64,000 bases of DNA from Escherichia phage JES2013: sequence record KC690136. One strand, given 5' to 3'. The position numbers were made by a program, and so were the translations under genes. Of this stretch, positions 47,523-57,791 are shown in pieces. The notes beneath the pieces are model-generated. The model had not been told where the DNA came from. It worked only from the letters and a program-made list of their open reading frames with translations, and did not search any database. The first letter of the stretch is position 1. The number at the start of each line of letters is the position of its first letter.

Positions 47523-47996
47523 TTATTCCTGCTCTTCCGGAGTCTGATCCAGGTTGTTCACCTGCTGAATCATACCCATCTGCTGTAACATCTCCAGAAG
47601 GCTTCCTAAACCGTCTTGTGTGAAAAAACAGCCGTAGTTAACCTCCAGAACCTTACCTGCCAGCTTAATCATCTCCAGCAGATGCCCTGCAAACACAACA
47701 TCAGGGTTAAGCTTATCCACACCATCTACGGTAATATCTTCGAACAAGATTTTAAATAACTCTTCAATAGAGCTATCATCGAGTTCTTGGAACAGGTAAG
47801 CCAGAGCAGTAGGAAGGACCTCTGCCATATTCTGACCACCAGAGATAATAGATCCACCGATAGCACCTAGCGGGACAGCCACAATCTTACCGATTTTAGG
47901 CATGTTTTTCATTGCTTTCATCGGTCCCCAGTGGGTGATCACAAAGTTGTGCCCTGCTAAATCAATCTCTGTTGTAGGTCTAAAGTTTATAGCCAT
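47523..47996 (-). CDS. tail assembly chaperone
   Basis: 157 aa between tube and tape measure genes; contains the slippery heptamer. Confidence 0.55.
   Translation of the reverse strand: MAINFRPTTEIDLAGHNFVITHWGPMKAMKNMPKIGKIVAVPLGAIGGSIISGGQNMAEVLPTALAYLFQELDDSSIEELFKILFEDITVDGVDKLNPDVVFAGHLLEMIKLAGKVLEVNYGCFFTQDGLGSLLEMLQQMGMIQQVNNLDQTPEEQE
47622..47628 (-). other. candidate -1 programmed ribosomal frameshift slippery heptamer T-TTT-TTC
   Basis: In the chaperone frame the codons are tgT TTT TTC; the -1 frame is then open with no stop through the downstream ORF. Confidence 0.5.
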
Positions 47997-48109
47997 TTTA
48001 TAGCATCCTTATTAGTCATGTTGTGCACCATATTTGTGTATTTTACCATGATTACGGTGCATTGTCAATTTAACCTTTCAAGCAGTTCAAGAACGTGTGT
48101 CAAAACCAT

Positions 48110-48140
48110 AAAAGCAAAAAGCCCCACCCGAAGGTGAGGC
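48110..48140 (-). terminator. rho-independent terminator after tail tube gene
   Basis: GCCTCACC-TTCG-GGTGGGGC hairpin followed on the minus strand by TTTTTGCTTTTATGG. Confidence 0.5.
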
Positions 48141-48158
48141 TTATGCTAAAGTGTGCCC

Positions 48159-48632
48159 TTAGATAATACCTGCAAGACCTGCGAGGCCAGTAAGAGCACC
48201 AGTGATGTTATCACGGTTGAGCCATGCATCCAGAATACCGATATCCCAGTCCAGTTGACCTACTTCGGTTCCGTAAGTCAGGTCAGGCTGTTTCTGGATC
48301 CAACCGATTGTAGAAATACCAGGGCCCTGGCTACCTTCCAGCAGAACCGGGAAGAATACCAGGCCAGTAATCGATGCCTGTTTCTGCCAGTCAGAAAGGT
48401 AAGCGTTCCATACAGAAGTGTTCTGCAAAGATACAGTCATAACACCAGATTGGTTACGAGACAGGGCCGCAGACATTTCGCCATCCACACCAACGTGAGG
48501 GTAGATGTTGTCTTCGTTTCTTGAAACAACGATCTTGGTGTCAGCAGCGAAGCCAGTGACACGCTGCTGCATCAGGTACAGTTTGACCTTTTTAGGGTCA
48601 TAAGCATAAGGAGTTAAAATTTGAGTTTCCAT
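48159..48632 (-). CDS. tail tube protein
   Basis: 157 aa, directly downstream of the sheath-sized gene and upstream of chaperones and tape measure. Confidence 0.5.
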   Translation of the reverse strand: METQILTPYAYDPKKVKLYLMQQRVTGFAADTKIVVSRNEDNIYPHVGVDGEMSAALSRNQSGVMTVSLQNTSVWNAYLSDWQKQASITGLVFFPVLLEGSQGPGISTIGWIQKQPDLTYGTEVGQLDWDIGILDAWLNRDNITGALTGLAGLAGII

Positions 48633-48642
48633 CTAGTCTTCC

Positions 48643-50019
48643 TTATTCAGTCATTGCAACAGCATTGGTAGATTTAGAACCAACTTTGTCCAGAAGGACG
48701 TTGATCCGGATACGAACGAAGTGCAGGGCGTTGTTATACACCAGTTCTACTTTCACACCTTCCAGAACACGAGCAGCCAACTGATTGGTTGGAATCTCTG
48801 CACGTTTAGGAACTGTGATGATCGGGTCGTAGAACACATTGTTGTCTTCGTCAAAACCTGTCAGGATCGCGCCATTCTTAATGCCAGTATTGATCGGGTT
48901 GTTCATCAGAACAGACTTGATAACCGGAAGATCATCATCAGACATCTTCATGCTTAAACCCATATTAGAGCGACGATGCATGTACCCAAACATGGATTCT
49001 TCAGATCTGAACTTGATCCAGTGTGCAAAACGAATAGCGTCTGCATACTGACCTGAAGCACACTTGCCTTCCCAGAAAGCGCCAACACCGTTAATCATTC
49101 TGTAGAAGTTAACGTGGTTTTCCCAAATAGCCATACGCTGAGTTAAAGTCAGAGATGGTGCAATCACACCTGACATCTGTTTTAAGTGCAAGCTGTCGCC
49201 GTAAGACGGATCGTTGGATGCCATAGCACCTATGATACCACCCTCCGGGAAGTCCTTATCTGCACGAGGATCGTACATGCCGACACTGTCATATTGTGCA
49301 GCTTTCAGTTTGGTGGCGATGTTATTATCTTTACCAGTCACATCTTCTGCAGTAGAGTAGACATGCAGCTTGTAGTTAGCCTGAGCCCACTTAGCACATG
49401 CTTCAATGTCGGTGTGGTCTTCATGGCACAGGAAGTACCAATTGTCACGCTCAGCATTGATCTTATCAACTACTGTAGAAGGTTTTTCAGCATTGGCGAT
49501 ATTTTTGATTGTATAGTTACCAGTATGGTAACCAACAGTACAGTCACCAGTGATGGTGAGAACACCTTCAGAAGCCTCTACAGTGATATCGTTCAAGCTA
49601 TCATCTGCTTCAATTTTAGTCTTCATTGACTCTGCAATCTGAGTTGCACCTGTTCCACCAGAGATAGGTACTATCAAAGAAGTATTGTAGCTACCTTTTG
49701 CAATAGTCATTACGACATCGGTATCGGCTGCGGCAGCAATACCTTTAAAATCTACAGTGGTCTTTTCTTTGGCCTGTCTGCCGATCATAACGTATTGTGG
49801 AGGGAATACACCACCAAAAGCTTTTGCTGCAAACTCATACGCTGCAGAGCCTTGTGCGAAACCATCTTCCACCATCTGATCCAGCTCTGCATATACGCGA
49901 GCTCGCTCAGTAAAGTTGTTGTGGATAGCGATGAACAGGGGAGTTTCGAAACCTACAGTGTCAATAGGCTGGGTTCCGAGGTTAACTGTAACATCTACCA
50001 CTTTATCTAAATATGGCAT
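48643..50019 (-). CDS. tail sheath protein
   Basis: 458 aa; call from gene order (sheath, tube, chaperones, tape measure) and size. Confidence 0.5.
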   Translation of the reverse strand: MPYLDKVVDVTVNLGTQPIDTVGFETPLFIAIHNNFTERARVYAELDQMVEDGFAQGSAAYEFAAKAFGGVFPPQYVMIGRQAKEKTTVDFKGIAAAADTDVVMTIAKGSYNTSLIVPISGGTGATQIAESMKTKIEADDSLNDITVEASEGVLTITGDCTVGYHTGNYTIKNIANAEKPSTVVDKINAERDNWYFLCHEDHTDIEACAKWAQANYKLHVYSTAEDVTGKDNNIATKLKAAQYDSVGMYDPRADKDFPEGGIIGAMASNDPSYGDSLHLKQMSGVIAPSLTLTQRMAIWENHVNFYRMINGVGAFWEGKCASGQYADAIRFAHWIKFRSEESMFGYMHRRSNMGLSMKMSDDDLPVIKSVLMNNPINTGIKNGAILTGFDEDNNVFYDPIITVPKRAEIPTNQLAARVLEGVKVELVYNNALHFVRIRINVLLDKVGSKSTNAVAMTE

Positions 50020-50091
50020 TTGTTTCCTCTTAATATCTGTGCACGGATATCAAACACGCAGTGTAATCATTACACTACACAATTATAACGA

Positions 50092-50643
50092 TTACTGACC
50101 ACTGTCTGTAACCGCTTTACCAGAATTGGGTGAAGGGAAGTGTGTGGTTATTTCAGCCTTAATTCCCTGAAGATCCTCAAAAGCCCCAATGTCTGTTTCA
50201 ACAAACCTTACGTTAAATGTCAGCATCACAGTGGCTCTATTTTCATACGTCTGCTTATTCAACGGCACTCTTTGAGGTGAGATTGTTGAATTGTTAGAGT
50301 AGGCAAAGCACGATCCCAGAGGGAAATACTTGTCATAAAACATTGGAAGGTTTATTGCTTGCAATACTCTGCTAAGTGCAGCATATGCCCTGCCACGATA
50401 AGCTGTTAACAGATAAGTAACAGTGTAACTGTGGGTGACGTAAGCATTACCCTCCGCATCTTGAAACTCATTATCTTCCCAAGTGGTGGGATTGATCGCC
50501 AAGGTTTGTAAAAGTACAAACTCACCTTCCGGCTTCGGTATGGTAGAGCTTTCTGCCAGAACTACAGTTCTTCCTGTGGCAACCTTGACGAGCTTAGCAA
50601 TGGTTGTTTCAAGATCAGAAAAAACTTTTTCGAAAGCTTCCAT
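50092..50643 (-). CDS. neck / tail terminator-region protein (hypothetical)
   Basis: 183-aa ORF between head and sheath genes. Confidence 0.35.
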   Translation of the reverse strand: MEAFEKVFSDLETTIAKLVKVATGRTVVLAESSTIPKPEGEFVLLQTLAINPTTWEDNEFQDAEGNAYVTHSYTVTYLLTAYRGRAYAALSRVLQAINLPMFYDKYFPLGSCFAYSNNSTISPQRVPLNKQTYENRATVMLTFNVRFVETDIGAFEDLQGIKAEITTHFPSPNSGKAVTDSGQ

Positions 50644-51068
50644 CAGTTTTCTCCTTCAGGCTCTTCTACCACAAAAAATCTATATCTCCCACCACCAGAG
50701 GTAACATATGCATCGCATTTTAAAACAGTAAACCATTTCAAGTCACCACGGATGTCAGGCAGCTGAATTTGGTCAGCCATTGCATATGTTCCTTCGTCCG
50801 GACTATACAACTTGGTTGAGGAGTAAACTGTAAAAGCCTCGTACTGTCTGTCACCTTCAGGGTTTATTTGAGAGGAGTAATCTTTAGCTGCCCTTCCTGT
50901 CAACGGCTGCACAACACAATCTAAGACATCAAACTCTTCATACTCAAGTTCTAACCCCTCGTTGGCAAAAGGGCCACCAACTGTTTTGTTATACACTCTG
51001 TGGCGACCTTTGAATGTTTTACGAGGTATTAGTCTGTTCTTTCCTATCAGCTTATAACCTGCTGCCAC
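50643..51068 (-). CDS. neck / head-tail joining protein (hypothetical)
   Basis: 141-aa ORF. Confidence 0.35.
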   Translation of the reverse strand: MAAGYKLIGKNRLIPRKTFKGRHRVYNKTVGGPFANEGLELEYEEFDVLDCVVQPLTGRAAKDYSSQINPEGDRQYEAFTVYSSTKLYSPDEGTYAMADQIQLPDIRGDLKWFTVLKCDAYVTSGGGRYRFFVVEEPEGEN

Positions 51069-51084
51069 TCAACCCCCTTATTTT

Positions 51085-51555
51085 TTACTGTCCGATTTTA
51101 AAGGTTGCAGATTCAAGCAGCACATCGTAATGCCGCATAGCCTCGTTGAAGCCTTTCTCTTGTGCCCACTGCTCGCTAACAGTAGGATTACTAAACTGCC
51201 CAGCCTCAATAACAAACTGGATAGCTTTGGCCCCTGTGTCCCCCATCTGCTTAAGAATAGCCTCTGCACTTGATCCCCTAGCCATAGCTCTCAACAATTT
51301 TTCTGTCAAGGTCTGTAGTTGAGTGCTGTGAAATGCAAAAGCTGTCTCCATGAAATTGCGAACAGGCAGCCCGTTCCAACCGAAGTTGTGAATGGCTGCC
51401 AATGTTGCCATATTTAAGCCTGACGGGTGAGGTTCGTCATAAAAGCCGTAGGTTATTGTTTTACTTTCAAGTCTCACAAGTTCTTTGTAGAAGCGATCTA
51501 AACGCTTTAGGTTGAAACTTGTTTGACATTTAACCTTTAGCATTATATTCCTCAC
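51085..51555 (-). CDS. head completion / neck protein (hypothetical)
   Basis: 156-aa ORF. Confidence 0.35.
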   Translation of the reverse strand: MRNIMLKVKCQTSFNLKRLDRFYKELVRLESKTITYGFYDEPHPSGLNMATLAAIHNFGWNGLPVRNFMETAFAFHSTQLQTLTEKLLRAMARGSSAEAILKQMGDTGAKAIQFVIEAGQFSNPTVSEQWAQEKGFNEAMRHYDVLLESATFKIGQ

Positions 51556-51596
51556 TAATGTATTTTACCACAAAGATACATCAAAAGCAACAATTT

Positions 51597-52274
51597 TTAA
51601 AAACTGCGTTTGCGTCTTGGGTGGCGAGGAGGTTGATTATTTAGACCACTGATAGGTGTAATCCCCTGAACATCGAACGGTCCGTTACTGTTTTCATTAA
51701 ATTTAACCCGAATTCCTTCGTCTACACGAACACCACCAATGATAATCATTCTGCTATAAGCATCTAGCTCAGAGTCTACATAATCTGGGTGTGCCAGCAG
51801 CCAATCAAGAAAATCTTTCCACTGAGCGTAGGAAGATCCACCACGAATCTCTATGGTCTCATCACCTATTTTTTCCAGACGAGAAGTTATACTTGCATTA
51901 CCACTGGAAACTTCCTGCATCATCAGCCACCGCACAAGCTGCACAAGCACATTGTACTTAAGCAGGGGTAGCTTATCAGGGTCTGCCGGATAATTTAGTT
52001 TCAGCTTCTCCATGTCAAGGAATGTTTTAATTACCCCATCAGGGAGTGTTTCCTCATCAACATTTCCAAGCAATAACCTCATAATATCAATAAGAGGTTG
52101 GTCTGGATCAGGTTCTGGGGGCACAGGATCTTCTTTTGGTGGTTCTTCTGGGGTATCGACTACACCATCATGGTTAGGCGGTGACGGGATAATCTCTTCA
52201 TCTTCATACCATGCCATTTGAAAATACCTCGTAAAAATAAAGCCCCATTCCTGATTTGGAAGGGGCCTTAACAA
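51597..52274 (-). CDS. head-tail connector region protein (hypothetical)
   Basis: 225 aa with a Pro/Glu-rich N-terminal region. Confidence 0.35.
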   Translation of the reverse strand: MLRPLPNQEWGFIFTRYFQMAWYEDEEIIPSPPNHDGVVDTPEEPPKEDPVPPEPDPDQPLIDIMRLLLGNVDEETLPDGVIKTFLDMEKLKLNYPADPDKLPLLKYNVLVQLVRWLMMQEVSSGNASITSRLEKIGDETIEIRGGSSYAQWKDFLDWLLAHPDYVDSELDAYSRMIIIGGVRVDEGIRVKFNENSNGPFDVQGITPISGLNNQPPRHPRRKRSF

Positions 52275-52276
52275 AA

Positions 52277-53131
52277 TTATGCCAGTGCAGCCTCAAAATC
52301 TTTCATCATATTTTGGAAAGTTTTTGCCTTACTTAAGGTAACACCGTGCTCTTTAGCGAAGGTTTGGAGTGCATCTTTCGAACCACTTTTGTCATCTTCG
52401 TTGTTAAGAGCTGAGGCTTGCTGTAGTATGGCATCAATATCATTACCGGAAGATCTTGATTCTTGTGCCTGTTCAGGATCCTGCTTAGTTCCTTCCGTAC
52501 CATCCGGTGCGGTAGGGCCTGGTGATTCCTCACTGCCACCACCAGGTTCAGTAGGACCTACAGGTGGCTCCGGCTCTGGTTCAGGTTCTGGGGCTACTGT
52601 AGAAGTCAGCCCAAGATTTACAACCTGAGAACGTTTCTTAGGCCACTCAATGGTGAAAGTCTGGGTATCTTCTGCATAAGCAACATCGCATTGCTCATCG
52701 TTTATGGTCACTTTTTTGGGCATCCCTTCAGGGTCCCACAGATGACCTTCTGCTACGGAAACCTTGAAAGCAGCATCTACCTCTTTAAACACCGAAGGAG
52801 TGAGTGTAATATTGACATCACCGCTTTGAAGTGTTAAAGTGCTTTCATCAAGATTTTCTGTGAAGAACAGAAGAATAACACCCATACGGATGGTTGAAAT
52901 GCCTGTATCAATTGGCAGGCCTGTGTGTTTTGCAATCTTCTCGAAGAAGTCTACAATCGTTCTGCATGGATAGTGAACACTTCCAATAACGAACTCTGTT
53001 GGTGGAAGCAGGGCTGATAAACCAACATTGATTTCTGGATTGTATTGTGCTAAAAATTGATAAAAACTTAACTGATTGTTGAAAACTCTTAATAGAGGAT
53101 CATACTCGACTGGATATACGGCTCTCTTCAC
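52277..53131 (-). CDS. structural protein with PEPEPEPEP linker
   Basis: 284 aa; APEPEPEPEPPVGPTEPGGGSEESPGPTAPDG low-complexity linker between two domains. Confidence 0.4.
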   Translation of the reverse strand: MKRAVYPVEYDPLLRVFNNQLSFYQFLAQYNPEINVGLSALLPPTEFVIGSVHYPCRTIVDFFEKIAKHTGLPIDTGISTIRMGVILLFFTENLDESTLTLQSGDVNITLTPSVFKEVDAAFKVSVAEGHLWDPEGMPKKVTINDEQCDVAYAEDTQTFTIEWPKKRSQVVNLGLTSTVAPEPEPEPEPPVGPTEPGGGSEESPGPTAPDGTEGTKQDPEQAQESRSSGNDIDAILQQASALNNEDDKSGSKDALQTFAKEHGVTLSKAKTFQNMMKDFEAALA

Positions 53132-53150
53132 GGGACACTCCTGTTAAACC

Positions 53151-53187
53151 CTAATAAATAAAAAAGGGGAGGGGAGAACCCCCTCCC
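53151..53187 (-). terminator. strong rho-independent terminator after major capsid gene
   Basis: GGGGAGGGGG-TTCT-CCCCTCCCC hairpin followed on the minus strand by TTTTTATTTATT. Confidence 0.65.
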
Positions 53188-53212
53188 CATATGGGATGAA
53201 TCACATTAGTGA

Positions 53213-54235
53213 TTATTCACTTTTCAGAGTTACTTTAACAACCAGCTCTGGGCGGGTGTTAACTGCCAGCATGGAAGTTTCAGATTCGATTTTCTGTTCT
53301 CTCAGGTAGGCAGAGTGTTTATACCACATATACAGCTCTTGAGCTGGGGTATTTGCATCTTCCAGAGTGTCAGCCGGAGCAAAGTGCAGCTGGAACATCT
53401 GATCGATACCCATAGGCATCAGACGAGCCTCACCGTCCGGAATGTTGCCAGAGATGTCTTCGATGAAGGTCATACCCTTGTGTTCAAACACACGGTAAAT
53501 GCTCTGTTCACCACCTGCACCCAGACGACGACGCAGCGGTTCCTGAGAAGAGCTGTAGTAGGTGTAAGCCAGCTCTACCAGCGGGTGATGAACCAGTGCT
53601 GAGAAGAATTTCGGAGAGCACAGCGCGATGATGTTATAAGCACCAGCGTTGTCACCAGCCTGCAGAGCAATGTGCAGACGTGCATCTTCGATTACTTCCA
53701 TCGGGTCCTGTGCTGCATTTTTAGGATCGATTTCGATAGATTTCTGGGAAACGCCCCACAGTTTGTAATAGTCATACTGACAGGTGGTGTCGCCAGGGGC
53801 ATATGATTTACCCAGAACTGCAGCAAACAGCGCTTTTTCACGCAGAGTTTCGTGGGTCAGACGGATACGACGAACCACACGGGTAACTACGTCCTGAACA
53901 GTTTTCGGTGCATCAGGGGTGAAGTAGCGACGGAAGTTCTGAACATCCGCAGCGGTGATGCCTTTATCCAGCGGGAAGAACGGGATGTTCAGGTTTTTGA
54001 TCTGAGCACGTTCGCTACCAACGTAGTTACGTTCACCACCACGGCGACGTGCAGCAATATCACCAACCACTTCATCTACACGTTCAATCTGTGCGATTGT
54101 TGAGGTGCCTAGATGAGTTTCAAACAGATCCATACCAGTGATCAGTCGGAATTGGCGCGGAACCAGTTCAAGAGTAGCACCTAAATCAACAATACCAAAA
54201 TCATCTTTACGGGTGTTAGCCATTATTTTCTCCAA
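53213..54235 (-). CDS. major capsid protein
   Basis: 340 aa, downstream of scaffold and decoration-like genes and followed by the strongest terminator in the window. Size and order resemble E-type capsid proteins. Confidence 0.55.
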   Translation of the reverse strand: MEKIMANTRKDDFGIVDLGATLELVPRQFRLITGMDLFETHLGTSTIAQIERVDEVVGDIAARRRGGERNYVGSERAQIKNLNIPFFPLDKGITAADVQNFRRYFTPDAPKTVQDVVTRVVRRIRLTHETLREKALFAAVLGKSYAPGDTTCQYDYYKLWGVSQKSIEIDPKNAAQDPMEVIEDARLHIALQAGDNAGAYNIIALCSPKFFSALVHHPLVELAYTYYSSSQEPLRRRLGAGGEQSIYRVFEHKGMTFIEDISGNIPDGEARLMPMGIDQMFQLHFAPADTLEDANTPAQELYMWYKHSAYLREQKIESETSMLAVNTRPELVVKVTLKSE

Positions 54236-54269
54236 ATAACTTTAAAATTTATTTCCCAAAGATCTAGGA

Positions 54270-54644
54270 TTATTCCTGAACTTTGTTGCCTTTGGCTTCA
54301 AGCGCTGCCAGAACTGCTTCAGCTGCCGCTGTGCCGCCAGCAACTTTCAAATGAGCTTTAGCGAAGGTTACACCGCGAACAGCAACAACCAGCTTGTACT
54401 TCTCGCCAACTTTCAGCGGTTCTGCAAGATTTACACGACCAGCAGAGTCGGGCAGAAGCGCACGGTCAACCAGCACACCAAAGGTGTCTGAACCATCTTG
54501 ATTAGCCAGAGTACCGGTTTTGGTAACTACTGCGCCAGCAACGTGATCAGCAGTGAGAGTGATTTCAATTTCTTTAAAGTTGAAACCTGCATCGCTAGAA
54601 TCAACTTTGCCGAGCACGATATCAGAATATTGAGTGGTGATCAT
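54270..54644 (-). CDS. capsid decoration / accessory protein (tentative)
   Basis: 124 aa, Ala/Gly-rich, between scaffold and capsid genes. Confidence 0.35.
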   Translation of the reverse strand: MITTQYSDIVLGKVDSSDAGFNFKEIEITLTADHVAGAVVTKTGTLANQDGSDTFGVLVDRALLPDSAGRVNLAEPLKVGEKYKLVVAVRGVTFAKAHLKVAGGTAAAEAVLAALEAKGNKVQE

Positions 54645-54665
54645 TATTTTCCCCTATTAAACAAA

Positions 54666-55646
54666 TTATTTATTGGATTCTTTACGTGCGCGAGCCAGAG
54701 CTTTAGCGACGTTTTCAGCAATAATGTCTTCAGCAGATTTAGCAATGTCGTCCACCACGACATCACCATCTTTACCTTGCTCTGTGGTTGCGAACTCTTC
54801 TTTAGCTTTTTCAACTTTAGCTTCCAGTTCAGCAATACGAGCTTGAGCTTTTTCCAGCAATTCAACAACAGGGGCGTTAGCTTTATCCAGCATGAATTCG
54901 ACCAGAGGTGCGTGGTCTTCTTCAGTGGTGAAGCTTAACGCCTGAGCTTTTTCCAGCATTTTAGCTTTTTCAACTTCTACCTGAGCCTTGATGATTTCTT
55001 CAGCTTTTTCATTGGTAGCTTTCAGTTCTTCGAACTGTTTCAGCAGGTCCAGGTACTCTTGAGACTTGGTTACGTCTTCCACCGGATTCTCCTCGGTATT
55101 TGCGGATTTATCAACATTGTCCACAGCGTCTGTAACAACTTCTTCTGTGGTTTCCTGTGCCGCTTTAATAAGTTTCCCTTCTTCATCGAAGAGATCAGCG
55201 GTCATCTGCTCAAAAACTTGTTGGGTTTTCAACAGAGTGTATTGGTCAACAATACTTAAATCTTTACCTTCTTTAGCAGCTTTGTGAATGGTTACGTTAT
55301 CACAACGTTCTTCTAACCACTGCACACAAGCCTCTGCATCAGCCTGTGCCCACTCCCAATCTGGGTGTTCTTTTGCCCAAGCTTCTTCCTCAATCTCGAA
55401 CCCAAGCAGGTGAGCCAGTGCCTTAGCATCGTCATACCACATATCGAAAAAACGACGCAGGTATTCTTCAAAGCTAAGTTCAACAGTAACTTGGCGAAGA
55501 GCCTTAACGATATCCTCTGTTAACTGCTCGGGCTTAAGATCGCTCTTCATTAAAAGAGATACAGGCCTATTGTTAGCGCTATAGCCTTGCGCCTTGTGGC
55601 ACAGGGCAATCCCTTTCTCTTTAATAGTGATTGTTTTTTCAGACAT
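54666..55646 (-). CDS. scaffolding protein
   Basis: 326 aa, highly acidic and helical with EELEAKVEKAKEE-type repeats; located between portal region and capsid. Confidence 0.5.
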   Translation of the reverse strand: MSEKTITIKEKGIALCHKAQGYSANNRPVSLLMKSDLKPEQLTEDIVKALRQVTVELSFEEYLRRFFDMWYDDAKALAHLLGFEIEEEAWAKEHPDWEWAQADAEACVQWLEERCDNVTIHKAAKEGKDLSIVDQYTLLKTQQVFEQMTADLFDEEGKLIKAAQETTEEVVTDAVDNVDKSANTEENPVEDVTKSQEYLDLLKQFEELKATNEKAEEIIKAQVEVEKAKMLEKAQALSFTTEEDHAPLVEFMLDKANAPVVELLEKAQARIAELEAKVEKAKEEFATTEQGKDGDVVVDDIAKSAEDIIAENVAKALARARKESNK

Positions 55647-56077
55647 TACTCATTGCCCTCTTCTACAACACTGATCCCGAAGTTTACGTTGGTGATCTCG
55701 CCAGTTTCTTCATCAACATTGCCAGTTGCCTGAATGCTTAGTCCACCAACAATGCCAGCCTTCTTAGCTTCCCATAATTCAGGATTGTTGTATTTAACTT
55801 TAGCAACCCAAGAGCCAGCCTTGATGACCTGCTCAGTACCAATTACCACAACATCAAACTCTTCTTGAATCCACGTCTTTTCAATAGTGAATGCATCTGT
55901 GGAGGTCAAGTGGAAAAGGTTTTCAGAAACTAGGCCTGCGGCGTATGCTGCGTCCCAATTATCTTTAGCCTTTTTGATGGTGTCTTTACTCATCCACTCA
56001 CCGTGAGCGTCTTTAGTGTCCGGTTCGTAGATGATTTCGTAGGAAATCATTTCTTCCTGTGGCATCTTATTCCCCAT
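55646..56077 (-). CDS. head-module protein (possible prohead protease)
   Basis: Tracked ORF is 55646..56221; trimmed to an internal Met because the longer form overlaps the portal 3' end by 89 nt. Function unverified. Confidence 0.3.
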   Translation of the reverse strand: MGNKMPQEEMISYEIIYEPDTKDAHGEWMSKDTIKKAKDNWDAAYAAGLVSENLFHLTSTDAFTIEKTWIQEEFDVVVIGTEQVIKAGSWVAKVKYNNPELWEAKKAGIVGGLSIQATGNVDEETGEITNVNFGISVVEEGNE

Positions 56078-56132
56078 GTGGATTATTTTATCACGCCAAA
56101 GGAGGTTTTGCAACCCCCTGTGTTGATAATTT

Positions 56133-57689
56133 TTAATTTTCCATGTTGGATATGGAATTATCTCTGGTTGATGACATCTTAGAAGTGCCGTTGCCAGTGG
56201 ATCCTGCAGCCATACCATCACCAGCCCTGCTGATATCCTGGCCCAAGAGCTTCATCAGCTCTTCTTGATCCATGTCTTCGTCAAATCTTTCATCAAACCC
56301 GCCTACTTCAAGAATCTTATTAATTACTGCAGGAGTTTTTGGCAAGTAACCTACAGCACCGATCCTCTGGACAAACTTGGAGAAGCTCTCCATGTCCACT
56401 TCTTCAATCAGACCAGGTTTCAGTTTAGGCATATCATCATCTTCAAGGATGATACCATTCAATGCCAGAAGCTGTGGAATAAGATCCTTATTGAAGGCTT
56501 CAGTGATAATATCTATATCACGCTGAACAAAATGACCATGGATAGACTGTTTTGACTCAGACAGAGAGAAGGATCCAACGTTATCGTTACCGAGGTTAAT
56601 AAAGCCAGCACCGAAACGGTCAAGAATCGCCTTCTTACGGGCATCGATCAAATCTTTAGTGGAATATTGCTTACCCATACCGTCAACCCCCTTCAGGGTC
56701 ATGGAGTAAAGCTCTTTACCAGACTTATCTCTATCAGACGGAAGTATAAAGAAACTTTGCTCACCACTATGGGCGTTTGCTGCGTCAAGCATAAGGTCTG
56801 CAACCATTCTCCCTTCCATTGAATTCGGGTCAATACTGGCCTTGTTCAAAATATTGGAAGGAATTTTCAGCTCAAGCACCCCACCAAGGTCTTTGGAACA
56901 GCCAACAACCTCAAGGTTTTCAATCAGAACTTTCTCACGGAAAGATCTGTAGCAACCTATCATCGGTGACACACCTGCAGGGTTAGATTCTGTTCCTGAC
57001 AGGGTCATGAGCATAAGCTTTTTAGCAGGGATGAAAATTTCAGGCTCATTAAAGCCTTTTGAAGGCATTGCAGCAAGAGGTCCAGCCCAGCGTGCATTCT
57101 GAGTGTTTAGAAATGCATTAGGTGACTGATAAATACCTGTCAGTGTTCTACTATTCTTGTCAAAGACAAACGGCTCTGATCTGGACAAACTGGCCTGAGG
57201 TCGGAATGCAATTTTATCAATAAGAAGCATCCCGGCATATTTACCTTCTTTCTCTCTGCGGTATACTTTCTCAAACAGTGAAAAACCATACTCGTTAAAG
57301 GTAGCTGCGCTTCTTGCAATATCCCGAAGGGTTTGTTGGTTTGCCAAATTACGCAAAGAATACTCTATAAGCTCGGCAGCTTTCTTAGAGTCTTCACTTT
57401 TAACATTATAAAGGATCTTAAAATCATTGAATGCTTTCGTGATGAAAACATATTTTGTATCTAAGGCAGTAGCAACTGTGGAATCACATTTCATAGTCTC
57501 CACTGTGGCAATCAGCTGAGGCCAACGCAATTCCTCAACCATCATAGATTGCGATTCTGCCATAATTTGGGAAAGTGCGCCAGAACCGATCTCACTCATA
57601 CGAACATTATGAGTTGGTGCGCCTGCGTTCCCAGATTTATTCACAGTTTTGGCTGTGGCGTTGTGTTTCCTGCGGTTCTTTTTGGACAC
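56133..57689 (-). CDS. portal protein
   Basis: 518 aa, GTG start 8-9 nt after GAGGGG; immediately downstream of the terminase, conserved order. Confidence 0.55.
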   Translation of the reverse strand: MSKKNRRKHNATAKTVNKSGNAGAPTHNVRMSEIGSGALSQIMAESQSMMVEELRWPQLIATVETMKCDSTVATALDTKYVFITKAFNDFKILYNVKSEDSKKAAELIEYSLRNLANQQTLRDIARSAATFNEYGFSLFEKVYRREKEGKYAGMLLIDKIAFRPQASLSRSEPFVFDKNSRTLTGIYQSPNAFLNTQNARWAGPLAAMPSKGFNEPEIFIPAKKLMLMTLSGTESNPAGVSPMIGCYRSFREKVLIENLEVVGCSKDLGGVLELKIPSNILNKASIDPNSMEGRMVADLMLDAANAHSGEQSFFILPSDRDKSGKELYSMTLKGVDGMGKQYSTKDLIDARKKAILDRFGAGFINLGNDNVGSFSLSESKQSIHGHFVQRDIDIITEAFNKDLIPQLLALNGIILEDDDMPKLKPGLIEEVDMESFSKFVQRIGAVGYLPKTPAVINKILEVGGFDERFDEDMDQEELMKLLGQDISRAGDGMAAGSTGNGTSKMSSTRDNSISNMEN

Positions 57690-57710
57690 AAGCTTTACCC
57701 CTCAAAACAG

Positions 57711-57742
57711 TATAACAAAATAGCCCTCGTGTTAGAGGGCTA
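57711..57742 (-). terminator. hairpin plus U-tract between terminase and portal (attenuator-like)
   Basis: AGCCCTC-TAACAC-GAGGGCT hairpin followed on the minus strand by ATTTTGTTATACTGTTTTG. Confidence 0.35.
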
Positions 57743-57791
57743 GTATCTCCGATTACTCTATTCTACCACATCTAATTAAGATTGGCAACAC

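Noticed and set aside
51078-51269. 63-aa minus-strand ORF
   Set aside because: Out-of-frame overlap within the 156-aa gene 51085..51555; the shorter frame has no independent support.
56078-56221. N-terminal extension of tracked ORF 55646..56221
   Set aside because: It overlaps the 3' end of the portal gene by 89 nt in another frame; an internal start just after the portal stop is more plausible.
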